Assembly (NCBI GenBank): GCA_944392815.1
Contig: CALXXY010000001.1
Coordinates: 1 to 64,000, forward strand
Direction: 5' to 3'
Length of the DNA stretch: 64,000 bases
Origin: an uncultured Alphaproteobacteria bacterium
Lineage (GTDB): Bacteria; Pseudomonadota; Alphaproteobacteria; Rs-D84
The notes under the pieces were generated by a model. It saw only the letters and a list, made by a program, of their open reading frames with translations, did not search any database and was not told the DNA's origin. The first letter of the stretch is position 1, and every line of letters starts with the position of its first letter. Below, piece by piece: positions 39,398-50,119 of the stretch. A program made the translations under genes and the position numbers.

Positions 39398-40387
39398 ATG
39401 CACAACTTTTTCATAAAGTTTATAGCTTTGTTCATTCTGTCCCCAAAAACTCGCAGGGAATTCAAGGAACGGCACATAAAACCCACTGCCACAAAACGGA
39501 TGCTTGCAGCAATAAATGCAAAGTTAGATTGGGTAAACAATTTCCTGAAAATAACAAATGATATCACAAAAATACCGCCTGCACGCGGGGATTTGCGCAC
39601 TTTGCAATTGGGCAGTGCGAAATTATTAAGCATTATTCACGATATCTGTACGCAACACGGTTTGCAATATTGGTTAATGTACGGAACATTGTTGGGTGCT
39701 GTACGACATGGCGGATTTATCCCCTGGGACGACGACATAGATATTGGCATGATGCGCCCCGATTACGATAAATTAATCCAAATTTTGGGGAATGGGTTGT
39801 ACACAAAAACAACTGGGAATATTACATTTAATGTCGCTGATATTACCAAGGTGTTTTACAAAAACAGCCCTGCCCGTGTGGATATTTTTCCATTTGAACA
39901 ATATTATACAGATACCAAAACAGACGCAAAAAAACAGGAATTACGCGATAAAATAACCATTGCCCACGATGCAATAAAATGGGATTGGGAACATCTGGTC
40001 GGATTTTGGCCCGATATAATTCCGACGTCCCCACAAACATATGAACAGCGTGTAAAGATTCAAAATGACGTAATCATGCAGGGACGTCGCGGCATAAAGG
40101 GCGGCACCCTGTTCCGTGGCGCTGACGTTTATGGATTGTCGGGCAGTATGCGCCTGTATTCGCCCGACGACATATTCCCGTTGCGCACCATTAAGTTCGA
40201 AGGATATGAATTATACATTCCGCAAAAATCTGAACAAATGCTGGCACAGACATATGGCGATATATACATGTGGCCAAACGATATATTTCCACACCACGCG
40301 TTGCTGGCAAAGACCAATTTCGCCCAGATGGCGTTATTGAATGAATTATTAAATCAAACGAACAAACAGATATTAAAAAAGGCGTAA
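39398..40387 (+). CDS. LicD family nucleotidyl-phosphotransferase
   Basis: YWLMYGTLLGAVRHGGFIPWDDDIDIGMMRPDY, DIFP, FEG, YGD. Confidence 0.9.
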   Translation: MHNFFIKFIALFILSPKTRREFKERHIKPTATKRMLAAINAKLDWVNNFLKITNDITKIPPARGDLRTLQLGSAKLLSIIHDICTQHGLQYWLMYGTLLGAVRHGGFIPWDDDIDIGMMRPDYDKLIQILGNGLYTKTTGNITFNVADITKVFYKNSPARVDIFPFEQYYTDTKTDAKKQELRDKITIAHDAIKWDWEHLVGFWPDIIPTSPQTYEQRVKIQNDVIMQGRRGIKGGTLFRGADVYGLSGSMRLYSPDDIFPLRTIKFEGYELYIPQKSEQMLAQTYGDIYMWPNDIFPHHALLAKTNFAQMALLNELLNQTNKQILKKA

Positions 40388-40392
40388 TAATT

Positions 40393-40821
40393 ATGACACA
40401 ACGTGCCATAACGTACGGGGTTTTCGATTTTTTACATCTGGGGCACGTCAGATTATTTGCCAATATAAAGCACTGTATACTGAATGACACTGGTTCGCTG
40501 ATTGTGGCGTTGCATGCGGACGCGTGTATCAAGAGCACCAAACCCGACGCCCATGTTCTGTACCCCCAGGCACAGCGTGCAGAAATGCTGGGGGCCATTA
40601 AATACATTGATGATGTAGTAATATATGATTTCATAGATACTGATTTGCCAAACCGCGATTTTGATATCCTGGTTGTTGGCCCAGATCAAGTAAATGAGCA
40701 TTTTCAACGTGCTATTAATTGGTGTCATGCACATAAAAAAACTGTTGTTGTTATGCCACGAACAAAAAACATATCGTCAACCGAAATTAAAAACAAAATC
40801 GCCAAAGAGTTAAAACTATGA
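40393..40821 (+). CDS. Cytidylyltransferase (TagD-like)
   Basis: TYGVFDFLHLGH, RTKNISSTEIK. Confidence 0.88.
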   Translation: MTQRAITYGVFDFLHLGHVRLFANIKHCILNDTGSLIVALHADACIKSTKPDAHVLYPQAQRAEMLGAIKYIDDVVIYDFIDTDLPNRDFDILVVGPDQVNEHFQRAINWCHAHKKTVVVMPRTKNISSTEIKNKIAKELKL

Positions 40822-41351
40822 ATTATGTCATTCATAAATCCGATGGGGATATTACATTGGATATCCGTCGTCCAAATGAAAATGATTTCGATGCGTATTG
40901 CAAATTTATCCAGCAAATTGCCACAGAAACTTGCTTTACATTCCATTACGTTGGCGAACCAGAAATTAACCGCGCCCGGCAATTAGAATTGTGGGCCGCG
41001 CCACACAGGTACACTGTTGCCGCATTTGATGGCGACGTGATGGTTGGGTATACATGTTTATATGCCACAAATCCTGGGCACCCGTATCTGGGGCATAACG
41101 GTGGTTTGCATACGTATATTTTGCAAAAATATACTGGGGTTGGACTGGGCACCAGATTACACGAATTACACGCTGCACACGTCAAAGATTTGGGGATAAA
41201 ACGTATATCTGTAAATGTGCATGCCGACAATGTTGCAAATTTAGCATTATTGCATAAACAGGGATTTATAACAGAATCCGTGGCCCGGGGTCGGTATTTT
41301 GTGAATGGCGAATATGTTGATTGTTGCAATTTGGTAAAATGGTATGAATAA
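40818..41351 (+). CDS. GNAT (RimJ/RimL-like) acetyltransferase
   Basis: YTGVGLGT, VHADNVANLALLHKQGF. Confidence 0.8.
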   Translation: MNYVIHKSDGDITLDIRRPNENDFDAYCKFIQQIATETCFTFHYVGEPEINRARQLELWAAPHRYTVAAFDGDVMVGYTCLYATNPGHPYLGHNGGLHTYILQKYTGVGLGTRLHELHAAHVKDLGIKRISVNVHADNVANLALLHKQGFITESVARGRYFVNGEYVDCCNLVKWYE

Positions 41352-41374
41352 AAAACTGGGGTGCACCCCAGTTT

Positions 41375-43417
41375 TTATTTTTTACCCGACAATTCAGGAT
41401 TTAATTTTGGATCATTATACATTTTATGCTGATAATACGCACGTGGTTGGCGCGCACCATTCATAAAATCTACGAGCAGGTATTTTGTGGCCTCTAGCAA
41501 TTCCACACGCTGCCGTTCCAGAACCTTTAATTTTTCGGTACATTTTTTGCGATTTTCACGTTTGTGCGATTGTTCTTCCATATGATAAATCTTTAACGCC
41601 AAAATCGACAATCTGTCCAAAACCATGCCCAATGATTCCGTGTTCAATGGTGCTTTGAACGCGCCAGGCAACGCGGGCCCCAAAATTTGGATCATCGTTT
41701 CGTCCATTTTTTCTGCGAAATCGTTGCGCAATTGATTGTAATTATCAATTTTATGTTTCGCGTCCGCAATGACTGAATCCGGCACATCGCGACGACGGGC
41801 TGTGTCTTCGGTATGCCACAGGAAATAATTCATCATATGATTGGCGCGGGCATAACCCTCTAGCGTTGGGTATTCTGGTTTGGGCTGGGTTTCTTCGCGC
41901 CAATATTTGATGTCATCAATTGGTTCCTGTTTATGCCATTCAGCCGTCCAGGTACGCTGCATATCTGCAATTTTTGCAATGTATGCAAAATACGATGGGC
42001 GTGGTTGTAAACGAATTATTAACGGGTTGTCAGAAACTGTTTTCGCGGCATATTGCATTGTATCAATCACTTTGCCGACCGTCACTGGTGCGGACACGGT
42101 TTGTGCAATTGCATATTTGCTGTAATCCGGACGCACGGCAGAATAATCAAATGATTGTGAATACAGGCCGTCTGTTCTGCATTCGTCGGCGGCGGTTGGC
42201 CACGCGAAATCTGTAATAAAATCGTCCAGATTGAACCACCAATTCATTGTGGTGTTGCAATCGACTATGTGTCCAACGCATTTAAATAAATCGGGCGTTG
42301 CCGCCAATTCGCGCGGACGTTTCATTTCTTCGCGAATAATTTGTGCGATACGTTTCACATTAAAATCAACTATGCAGCGATAGCGATTTGGGCAGCGTCG
42401 TTCGTCGTCTTTGTCCGGCCACCAGCAACGCTGGACACATAACATACAACGGTTTTCAGAAAAAACTTTGCGTTGTGATGGATAATAAAAATCATCGTGT
42501 TCACAGCCATGCAAAATAACCGCCGGACAATCAACCGCCCGCGCCAAGTGCATCATGCCACCAATGGCCCCGACAAACATACGCGCATGCGTTAAAACGC
42601 CCGCGAATTCGCGCAAATTTAATTTGAACAACTGTTCCGCACCACTTAACACAGGATCGTCAAAATCGCCAATCTGCAAAAATTCGTATTCGCCACGCAG
42701 TTCGTCAATTATGCCCTGGGCTATTTTTGGCAACAGATATTTATATGGGCCATTGCCACCACATTTTATGACTATTTTTCCATCGGCAAATTTACCAAAA
42801 TCTTTTTCATATTGCGTTAATCTGATTTCAGGTTTTACATTTATTTCACCGGTTAAATCCATGCGATTTGCAACCCACTGCATCATTTGTCCACGCATAG
42901 GAAATCCGCCAAATAATTTCGTGAATGTGTTTCCCCACACATAGCAATTTTTTAAATATTCCAACGGTTTTAAATTAAATGTATATCCATCGCGCAGTTT
43001 TAATGGTTTGCCAATTAATTGCATGTTATAAAATATATAAAATACGTCCATGGTATGCTTGGCGCCCTTGACATTTTCGGGCACCAGGCGCCAATCGCAT
43101 AAATACCAGCAAAAATCACAATTGCGAAACACGTGCCATTGGGGCACATATACCAACGGCCGCACACCTGTTTTTTTATAATACTCGCGCGCGACGCCGG
43201 CGAACACCAATCCGTCACCGACACCCTTGTTCAAATGATAGATGTCATGAATACCGTACTTTTTCGCCATGCGCAATGTCATAACCGGCACGCCCAATTT
43301 ACGCATGCGATAAAATTGCCGCCAGAACAACAAATACCGCACAGGCCGCCAACGAAACAGTAAATTACGCACTTTATAGTATGGAACCAGTAATTTTTTT
43401 ATGAATTGTAATACCAT
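41375..43417 (-). CDS. GT9-like glycosyltransferase fused to a DUF4254-like domain
   Basis: N-part GVGDGL, LQIG, FVGAIGGMMHLARAV; C-part LWHTEDTARR..IDNYNQLRND..NTESLG..DRLSILALKIYHM. Confidence 0.7.
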   Translation of the reverse strand: MVLQFIKKLLVPYYKVRNLLFRWRPVRYLLFWRQFYRMRKLGVPVMTLRMAKKYGIHDIYHLNKGVGDGLVFAGVAREYYKKTGVRPLVYVPQWHVFRNCDFCWYLCDWRLVPENVKGAKHTMDVFYIFYNMQLIGKPLKLRDGYTFNLKPLEYLKNCYVWGNTFTKLFGGFPMRGQMMQWVANRMDLTGEINVKPEIRLTQYEKDFGKFADGKIVIKCGGNGPYKYLLPKIAQGIIDELRGEYEFLQIGDFDDPVLSGAEQLFKLNLREFAGVLTHARMFVGAIGGMMHLARAVDCPAVILHGCEHDDFYYPSQRKVFSENRCMLCVQRCWWPDKDDERRCPNRYRCIVDFNVKRIAQIIREEMKRPRELAATPDLFKCVGHIVDCNTTMNWWFNLDDFITDFAWPTAADECRTDGLYSQSFDYSAVRPDYSKYAIAQTVSAPVTVGKVIDTMQYAAKTVSDNPLIIRLQPRPSYFAYIAKIADMQRTWTAEWHKQEPIDDIKYWREETQPKPEYPTLEGYARANHMMNYFLWHTEDTARRRDVPDSVIADAKHKIDNYNQLRNDFAEKMDETMIQILGPALPGAFKAPLNTESLGMVLDRLSILALKIYHMEEQSHKRENRKKCTEKLKVLERQRVELLEATKYLLVDFMNGARQPRAYYQHKMYNDPKLNPELSGKK

Positions 43418-43522
43418 GAGTCACCATTTGGTTAAATTAGCAGGTACGTAAGATTATAATCGTGCAAAAACACAATGTCAACAGCAGTGATTTCATCTTT
43501 TCCGCCCCATCGGATCGGAAAA

Positions 43523-43683
43523 CAGAGTGGAGAGTTATATCATTCCCGCGCGTGCGCGCGGGAATAATAGAGTGTAGAGTGGAGAGTTTAGAGTGTAGAT
43601 AATGTCTGTGGGCAAATGCCCGCAGTGCTTTTTATTTACTGGATCGCCACGCTTTGCTCGCGATAACAAGGGGGAGTAAGTGG
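43523..43683 (+). repeat. Modular intergenic repeat, copy 4
   Basis: ATTCCCGCGCGTGCGCGCGGGAAT, heptamer array and CTGGATCGCCACGCTTTGCTCGCGAT block, near-identical to 19133-19275. Confidence 0.88.
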
Positions 43684-43698
43684 TTAATTGTTGTTTTG

Positions 43699-44964
43699 TT
43701 ATAACTGGATAAACCAATCTGGGTGTTGGGACAAATGTTCGATTCCGGCGTCCAGATTTTTACGGTATTCGATAAACTTTTCCTTGTCCGCGCTGCCCAG
43801 GTTGCTGATTGCCGGCAATTTAACTGTCATTGGGTTGACGTGTTTGCCGTCCTTGATAATTTCATAGTGTAAATGCGGGCCGGTGGACAGACCAGTTGAA
43901 CCAACATATCCGATTGTTTGCCCCTGTTTCACTGTGGTGCCGACAACTACACCCTTGGCAAATTTGGACATATGCGCGTACAGTGTTTCAAACGATGCGT
44001 TGTGGCGCAATTTGATATAATTGCCGTGGCCACTGTTGTATCCACGCGCGACAACGCGCCCCGCGCCCGCGGCAGGAATTGGTGTGCCGGTGGACGCGCG
44101 GAAATCGACGCCTTTGTGTGCGCGGGTATATCCCAACACAGGGTGTTTACGGCGATACGAAAAACTGCTGGTCACGCGGGCGTTATTAATTGGCGTACGT
44201 TTTAACGATTTTATCGCGCCATTGCCATTTTCATCATAGTACCCGATTTTGCCGTCGGATTTTTTAAACCGATACATTTTGACATCGCCACGCAATGCCT
44301 GGAATTGCACGGCCAACACGTTGCCGTTGTCAACCTTTTGCCCGTCGGCAAAGTTTTCTTCGTACAATACGGAAAATTTCTGGCCGGCACGGACATCACG
44401 TTCAAAGTCCATTTCGAATGCCAATAAATCGTATACCTGGGCCAGGATACCTTCGGGTATGCTGGCACGGGCCCCAGCCAAATAAAAACTGTCGCCGTCC
44501 AGAATTTCCCCGGCACGATATACTGCGCGTTTATCCGGCTGGATTTCAACGGTTTCGCATGTCCAACCGCCGTCCGATAACGACGATATTTCAATCTGGC
44601 GCCAGGGGGACGGAATGATTACTATTTTGGACACAGGCGCGTCCGCGTCGTCACGAACAAATTCGATTTTATCGCTGTCTGCGCGCAAACTGGTGACAGA
44701 TGCCTGGGATTTCAATACGTCCGCGATTTCCAGAACCTGGGCATTGGTGAATCCCTGGTCCGTTAATAATTTTGACAATGTATCACCAGACGACACATTT
44801 ACAGTCAAAATATGCGACCCGTCGTCCGCGATTTGTATGCCGTCGCCGCCACCATTATTATGCGTGAATGCCAGCACAATCGCCACAAACACCAGTATTA
44901 TCGCCAACCCGATAACGCCCCATGTGGCGTTGGTTAAATTCAGAATATCTTTTGCTTTTTTCAT
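43699..44964 (-). CDS. M23 family murein DD-endopeptidase
   Basis: HPVLGYTRAHKGVDF, YAHMS, STGPHLHYE; N-terminal TM; start at 44964. Confidence 0.9.
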   Translation of the reverse strand: MKKAKDILNLTNATWGVIGLAIILVFVAIVLAFTHNNGGGDGIQIADDGSHILTVNVSSGDTLSKLLTDQGFTNAQVLEIADVLKSQASVTSLRADSDKIEFVRDDADAPVSKIVIIPSPWRQIEISSLSDGGWTCETVEIQPDKRAVYRAGEILDGDSFYLAGARASIPEGILAQVYDLLAFEMDFERDVRAGQKFSVLYEENFADGQKVDNGNVLAVQFQALRGDVKMYRFKKSDGKIGYYDENGNGAIKSLKRTPINNARVTSSFSYRRKHPVLGYTRAHKGVDFRASTGTPIPAAGAGRVVARGYNSGHGNYIKLRHNASFETLYAHMSKFAKGVVVGTTVKQGQTIGYVGSTGLSTGPHLHYEIIKDGKHVNPMTVKLPAISNLGSADKEKFIEYRKNLDAGIEHLSQHPDWFIQL

Positions 44965-44985
44965 ACCGGCGATTATAATTGGTTC

Positions 44986-45756
44986 ATGACTAAAAATCAA
45001 GCATTTGAAATACTGGCGCGTGCGGGGAATATTCATGACGCACGGGTGATTATTGAAAACACTGAAAAGTTTTCGCGAATAAAAATTTGGCGCATGGCGC
45101 GGGCGTTGCGACGTGGGGTGCCTGTGGCGAAAATAATCCATGTAAAATGGTTTTATGGGCTGAAATTTTATACCAATCGGCACACGTTGGATCCACGCCC
45201 AGATACAGAAACGTTGGTTGCGGCCGTTATCGCCGATTGTGGGGTGGGCGCGCGTCCCGCTGTATTGGATTTGGGCACAGGCACGGGGTGCATAATCGCG
45301 GCGTTGGTTAAAAATATTCATGGTGCGCGTGGGGTGGCGTTGGACGCGTCGCGTGCCGCTGTGCGGGTGGCGCGTCGTAATATGCGCGATTTGAAATTAA
45401 ACGATTCTGTTCGTGTAATACATGGGAATTTTAATAATCCGCATGCTGTACGGGACGTGTTTGATATAATCGTGTCCAATCCACCATACATAGCAATTGG
45501 TGACGCGCGTGTGAATATTGGCGCGACGTATGATCCGCGACGTGCGCTGTATGCCCAGAACAATGGTTTGGCGGCATACGAATCAATTGCAAAAAATGCA
45601 CGCGCTTGGTTGCGCAGCGGCGGGAAAATATACGTTGAAATCGGCGACGGCATGATGGGTGACGTGCGTGATATATTTGACCGCGCCGGGTGGAAATTCG
45701 GGCGCGCGGAACGCGACCTGGGGGGAATTATACGCGTGTTGGTGTTTGAAAAATAA
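44986..45756 (+). CDS. prmC: Release factor glutamine methyltransferase
   Basis: LDPRPDTETLV, LDLGTGTGCI, VSNPPYI. Confidence 0.9.
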   Translation: MTKNQAFEILARAGNIHDARVIIENTEKFSRIKIWRMARALRRGVPVAKIIHVKWFYGLKFYTNRHTLDPRPDTETLVAAVIADCGVGARPAVLDLGTGTGCIIAALVKNIHGARGVALDASRAAVRVARRNMRDLKLNDSVRVIHGNFNNPHAVRDVFDIIVSNPPYIAIGDARVNIGATYDPRRALYAQNNGLAAYESIAKNARAWLRSGGKIYVEIGDGMMGDVRDIFDRAGWKFGRAERDLGGIIRVLVFEK

Positions 45757-45758
45757 AG

Positions 45759-46406
45759 TTATTTAAAATACGGATTTTCGCGTTTCAGTATGCCGATTGT
45801 TGAATCAACACCGTGACCGTGCACCGCATATGTTTCATCGGGCAAATTTAATTCATATACTTTGGAAATAGATTGCCACAGTGCATTTGCGTCACCGCCC
45901 GGCAAATCATACCGCCCAAATCCGTCACGAAACAGTGTGTCACCAGTGATTAAAATACCAAAATCTGGGAAATAATACATTACCCCGCCCGGCGTATGCC
46001 CGGGCGTTTCAATCACGTCCATGGTGACGCCAGGCAAAATTTGAATTGTATCGGCACCGATATCAGTTGGGCGACGATAACCAGGTTCAATTTGCGGCAA
46101 CCCGAAACCGGCCAGCAAATTATTAGACCACGAAATTAAATCGTCATCTTCGCTGTTTAAATACCACGGAACGTCGTATTTTTCGGCCAATGCCGGGGCG
46201 GCAGCGATATGATCGCCGTGTCCATGCGTTGAATATATTGCACGCAATTGCAGTCCGCGTGACGTTAACAAATTTTCCCAATCGGCAACATTGCCCCATG
46301 CGTCAAAAATTACTGCGTCATTACCACACGTCACCAATACCGAATTAGTATTTTCGGGAGGCATATGCAATATTTCAAATTTTGGTTCAGCGTTATTTTG
46401 TGGCAT
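45759..46406 (-). CDS. MBL-fold hydrolase (glyoxalase II-like)
   Basis: THGHGDH, TPGHTPG, TGDTLF, GRYDLPGG, HGHG. Confidence 0.88.
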   Translation of the reverse strand: MPQNNAEPKFEILHMPPENTNSVLVTCGNDAVIFDAWGNVADWENLLTSRGLQLRAIYSTHGHGDHIAAAPALAEKYDVPWYLNSEDDDLISWSNNLLAGFGLPQIEPGYRRPTDIGADTIQILPGVTMDVIETPGHTPGGVMYYFPDFGILITGDTLFRDGFGRYDLPGGDANALWQSISKVYELNLPDETYAVHGHGVDSTIGILKRENPYFK

Positions 46407-48330
46407 TTGTTTTTGCTTTTTTAGTGGCTGATTTTTTGACCGATTTTTTTGCCGATTTTTGCACAGCGGATTTACCCGATACAATTGCGCGGATTTCGTC
46501 ACCAGTCAATGTTTCGCGTGCCAATAATTCTTCGGCCAGTTTGCGAACTGTTTCTTTGTTTTTGGCCAGCATTCGCGTCGCGTCCGCGTGTGCGGCGTCC
46601 AGCCATGCTTTTACTTCGGCGTCAACCATTTCGGCTGTTTTTTCAGACGCGTTTTCCAACGCGCTGCGCGTACCAAAATTATTTACCTGGTTAATCGCGG
46701 CCAGACCAACTTTGTCCGACAACCCGGCCGTTGTTATCGAATACCGCGCCAGACGTGTTGCCATGGCGATATCACTTTCCGCGCCGGTGGTAATGTTGTC
46801 CGGGCCGAAAAAGATTTCTTCGGCACTGCGGCCCGCCAACGAAATCGCCAGATTGGCGCGAACCTCGGCAATGGTCATGGAAACTTTGTCATCGATTGGC
46901 AAATGTTGCACCATGCCCAGCGCACGACCACGCGGGATAATTGTGGCCTTGTGTATTGGGTCGGTTATGTCCGAATACATAATGCTGACGAACGCATGGC
47001 CGGCCTCGTGATAGGCGGTCAGTTTAATATCCTGGGGGCGCATTTTGCGAACCTTGCGCGGGCCCATCAGGATTTTATCGCGCGCCTCTTCTACGTCAAC
47101 GGCGGTGATTTCTGTGCGGTCATTTCGCACGGCATGCAGGGCGGCCTCGTTCAACAGATTTTCCAAATCCGCACCGGAAAATCCAGTTGTACCACGCGCC
47201 AAATCCTGCAGATTTACGTCGGCGGCAACCTTTACCTTTTTGGCATACAAATCCAGAATTTCGCGACGTCCCGCCAAATCGGGTAATTCGATGTATACCT
47301 GGCGATCAAAACGGCCGGGGCGCAACAACGCAGGATCCAACATATCCGCACGATTTGTTGCACCGATGACTATGATGCCTGTATTGTTGGCGAATCCGTC
47401 CATTTCAATCAATAACTGGTTCAATGTTTGTTCGCGGTCCTGGTCGTTATAAGAACTGGTACTGCGGCGCTGGCCAATGGCGTCGATTTCATCGATGAAT
47501 AATATGCATGGCGCGTTGCGCTTTGCCATGTCAAAGATTTCCTTTATCTTGGCCACACCCAGCCCCACAATAATACCGGAAAAATCACTGCCGGACGCGG
47601 CAAAAAACGGGACGTTGGCTTCGCCGGCGATGGCACGTGCCAATAAAGTTTTTCCTGTGCCTGGTTCCCCGGACAGCAATATGCCACGTGGCACACGCGC
47701 ACCGACGTCACGGAATTTTTTGCCGTCTTTCAGAAAATCAACTATTTCCATTAATTCCTGTTTTTCAGAATCTATGCCGGCGACATCTTTGAACGTAGTT
47801 TTTGTTTTGCCGGTGGTAATTCTGGTCGGGTTTTGTTGTGCCAAACTGCGCCCCAGGCCAGCGGCACCACCGCGAAATCCGCGGAATATCCACCATATGA
47901 AAAACAACCCCATCAAAATAGGCACCCATGTCCCCAGGTAATCCACCCATGTTTTTGACGTATCAATCGAAATAGTCGCACCATTTTGTGCAATTTGACT
48001 TAATAATTCAGGGTCGTATGTAATGGTTGCCGTATATGGTGTGCCATCGGTCAGGGTGCCGGCCGCGTCACTGCCACGAATTTCCATCGTTTTAATTTCT
48101 GATGCACGGTTCAAAACATCTGAAAAACTTAATTCAATTGGTGCGGCCACAGGTTGACCATTTGCCAACAGTCCCGGCGCACCAACCGGCCCCGTGAATG
48201 ACCGTGCTATCATCGCAACAAACAAAGCCGCGAAAATTATCAAGAAAATATTCCCACCACCGGTTGCGCGGGCGAATTTATTTTTGCGTGTCGATTTTTT
48301 CTGATTTAATGTTTGATTTTCGTTTTCCAT
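46393..48330 (-). CDS. ftsH: ATP-dependent zinc metalloprotease FtsH
   Basis: GEPGTGKT, FIDEID, DPALLRPGRFDR, HEAGH. Confidence 0.96.
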   Translation of the reverse strand: MENENQTLNQKKSTRKNKFARATGGGNIFLIIFAALFVAMIARSFTGPVGAPGLLANGQPVAAPIELSFSDVLNRASEIKTMEIRGSDAAGTLTDGTPYTATITYDPELLSQIAQNGATISIDTSKTWVDYLGTWVPILMGLFFIWWIFRGFRGGAAGLGRSLAQQNPTRITTGKTKTTFKDVAGIDSEKQELMEIVDFLKDGKKFRDVGARVPRGILLSGEPGTGKTLLARAIAGEANVPFFAASGSDFSGIIVGLGVAKIKEIFDMAKRNAPCILFIDEIDAIGQRRSTSSYNDQDREQTLNQLLIEMDGFANNTGIIVIGATNRADMLDPALLRPGRFDRQVYIELPDLAGRREILDLYAKKVKVAADVNLQDLARGTTGFSGADLENLLNEAALHAVRNDRTEITAVDVEEARDKILMGPRKVRKMRPQDIKLTAYHEAGHAFVSIMYSDITDPIHKATIIPRGRALGMVQHLPIDDKVSMTIAEVRANLAISLAGRSAEEIFFGPDNITTGAESDIAMATRLARYSITTAGLSDKVGLAAINQVNNFGTRSALENASEKTAEMVDAEVKAWLDAAHADATRMLAKNKETVRKLAEELLARETLTGDEIRAIVSGKSAVQKSAKKSVKKSATKKAKTNATK

Positions 48331-49282
48331 GTTTTGTCCTGAAACTTGTTTTATTTCCCTCGGGTACGATTAAAATACGCTGGCCCAGGCGACGAATTGT
48401 GCAATGTCCCAACGTGAATTTACAATCGCGCTGCAAATTACGTAGTGCATTTGACAAAGAATTCAAGCGCGGCTGATATTCATTCCCCCCAATCTGTTGA
48501 ATTAACGTTCCCAGAAACTTTAGCCCAATATCCGGGGCCAGGTCAAACAGAAAAGTTGCATCAAATACTGCGCGCCGGTTATCCGTCACAGACGCAATCA
48601 TATCCGCGATTTTTTTATCCACTGCGTCGCGAACACGCCCCAGATTATTAATGGCCAATAAAATGCGCGCGTCACTGATACCCAGCGCGCCCGACAACAA
48701 ATGTCTGTTTTTGCGAATGCGAACCCGGGTATATTGCGTATCGTCGTTCATTTCGTCCATAAAATATTTAATGCCGTTGTCATCGCAATATTTTTTCAGT
48801 TCCGCGCGCGATACGTCCAACAGGGGTCGAACTATTTTTACCCCATCGCGCCATGTCACACGACGCATGGCCGCCAATCCGTACAGGCCGCTGCCCCGCC
48901 CCAAATTCATTAAAAACGTTTCGATTTGATCGTCGGATTGGTGCGCGGTTAATAATGCGTCCTGGCCATTTTCACGACAAAAATCCGTCATAAACTTATA
49001 TCGGGCGGTGCGGGCCGCGGCCTCGAGCCCTGATGTGGGTTTGTCGCCCGACCAATAAAAGATTTTGCACGGCACACCCAATTTCGCACATAAATCACGT
49101 ACGTACTGGGTTTCTGTTTCTGCGTTTGGGCGCAATCCATGATTTACGTGCAAACACGTGACAGACGCACCACACGCCGCCAACCAGCACAGCAGGCATA
49201 CAGAATCCACCCCGCCACTGACCGCCACCGCCAGGCGTGCATTCGCGTATTCGCGCATAAAATCTAAAAACTTTTGATTCAT
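48278..49282 (-). CDS. tilS: tRNA(Ile)-lysidine synthetase
   Basis: AVSGGVDS, HVNHGLR, ARY, AHQSDDQIET, RPLL; tilS-ftsH order. Confidence 0.93.
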   Translation of the reverse strand: MNQKFLDFMREYANARLAVAVSGGVDSVCLLCWLAACGASVTCLHVNHGLRPNAETETQYVRDLCAKLGVPCKIFYWSGDKPTSGLEAAARTARYKFMTDFCRENGQDALLTAHQSDDQIETFLMNLGRGSGLYGLAAMRRVTWRDGVKIVRPLLDVSRAELKKYCDDNGIKYFMDEMNDDTQYTRVRIRKNRHLLSGALGISDARILLAINNLGRVRDAVDKKIADMIASVTDNRRAVFDATFLFDLAPDIGLKFLGTLIQQIGGNEYQPRLNSLSNALRNLQRDCKFTLGHCTIRRLGQRILIVPEGNKTSFRTKHGKRKSNIKSEKIDTQK

Positions 49283-49331
49283 AATATCGGCATTTTATGA
49301 TATAATCTGCAAAAATAAAGGAAAAAGAGCA

Positions 49332-49889
49332 ATGGTGTGTAAGCTGAAATCTATTGCCGTGTATTGTGGGCACCAATTTGGGGCCGACCCGCGGTTCGCG
49401 ATGGACGCGGCGACAATCGGGGAATTTTTGGGCAAAAACAAAATTCGCATGGTATTTGGTGGCGGAAATGTGGGACTGATGGGAACGGTGGCCACCGCTG
49501 CATTGGACGCAGGCGGGCACGTTATCGGCGTTTCCACAAACAACGTGATTGAAAAACAGGAACCTGTGCACAGTGGTGTTGATGTGACTGTTGTCGATGG
49601 CGTCAATGACAGAAAACAAAAAATGTTTGAATTGTCGGACGCGTTCATTATTTTGCCGGGCGGAATCGGGACACTGAACGAATTAACCGACATCATGACA
49701 ATGCAACAAATCGGCGAATCAAAAAAACCGCTGTTTTTCCTGAATACCGCAGGTTTTTGGATTCCATTTGTGCGTTTGTTTATTCATATGCAAAAATCTG
49801 GATTTATCGAAAGTATTCACGATTACAATATTCACGGCGCAAATACTGTCGATGATTTAGTGAAACGTATTTTGAATTATAAAAATTAA
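49332..49889 (+). CDS. LOG family (TIGR00730) nucleotide phosphoribohydrolase
   Basis: FGGGNVGLMG, RK, LPGGIGTLNE. Confidence 0.88.
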   Translation: MVCKLKSIAVYCGHQFGADPRFAMDAATIGEFLGKNKIRMVFGGGNVGLMGTVATAALDAGGHVIGVSTNNVIEKQEPVHSGVDVTVVDGVNDRKQKMFELSDAFIILPGGIGTLNELTDIMTMQQIGESKKPLFFLNTAGFWIPFVRLFIHMQKSGFIESIHDYNIHGANTVDDLVKRILNYKN

Positions 49890-50119
49890 ACACGAATAAC
49901 TTTGTCACGTGACGTGGCACCACGGACGATTTCTATGCTGGATTTGGGTACATCAAAGTATTCGGCCAGCATTTTTATTACCGCCGCGTTTGCCGCCCCG
50001 TCTGTGGGGGCGGCGGTTGTGTGCACACGCAACGCACCGTTTTCGTCAACAGTGATTTCATTGCGACGTGCGCGCGGTATTACGCGGACATTAAAAATCC
50101 GTTTTGAATCGTTCATCAC
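49886..50119 (-). CDS. DUF167/YggU family protein
   Basis: VRVIPRA, APTDGAAN, GATSRDK. Confidence 0.85.
   Translation of the reverse strand: MMNDSKRIFNVRVIPRARRNEITVDENGALRVHTTAAPTDGAANAAVIKMLAEYFDVPKSSIEIVRGATSRDKVIRV

Noticed and set aside
44965-45321. 120-aa N-terminal extension of the M23 peptidase
   Set aside because: It overlaps prmC antisense; the TM anchor and -10 box support the start at 44964.
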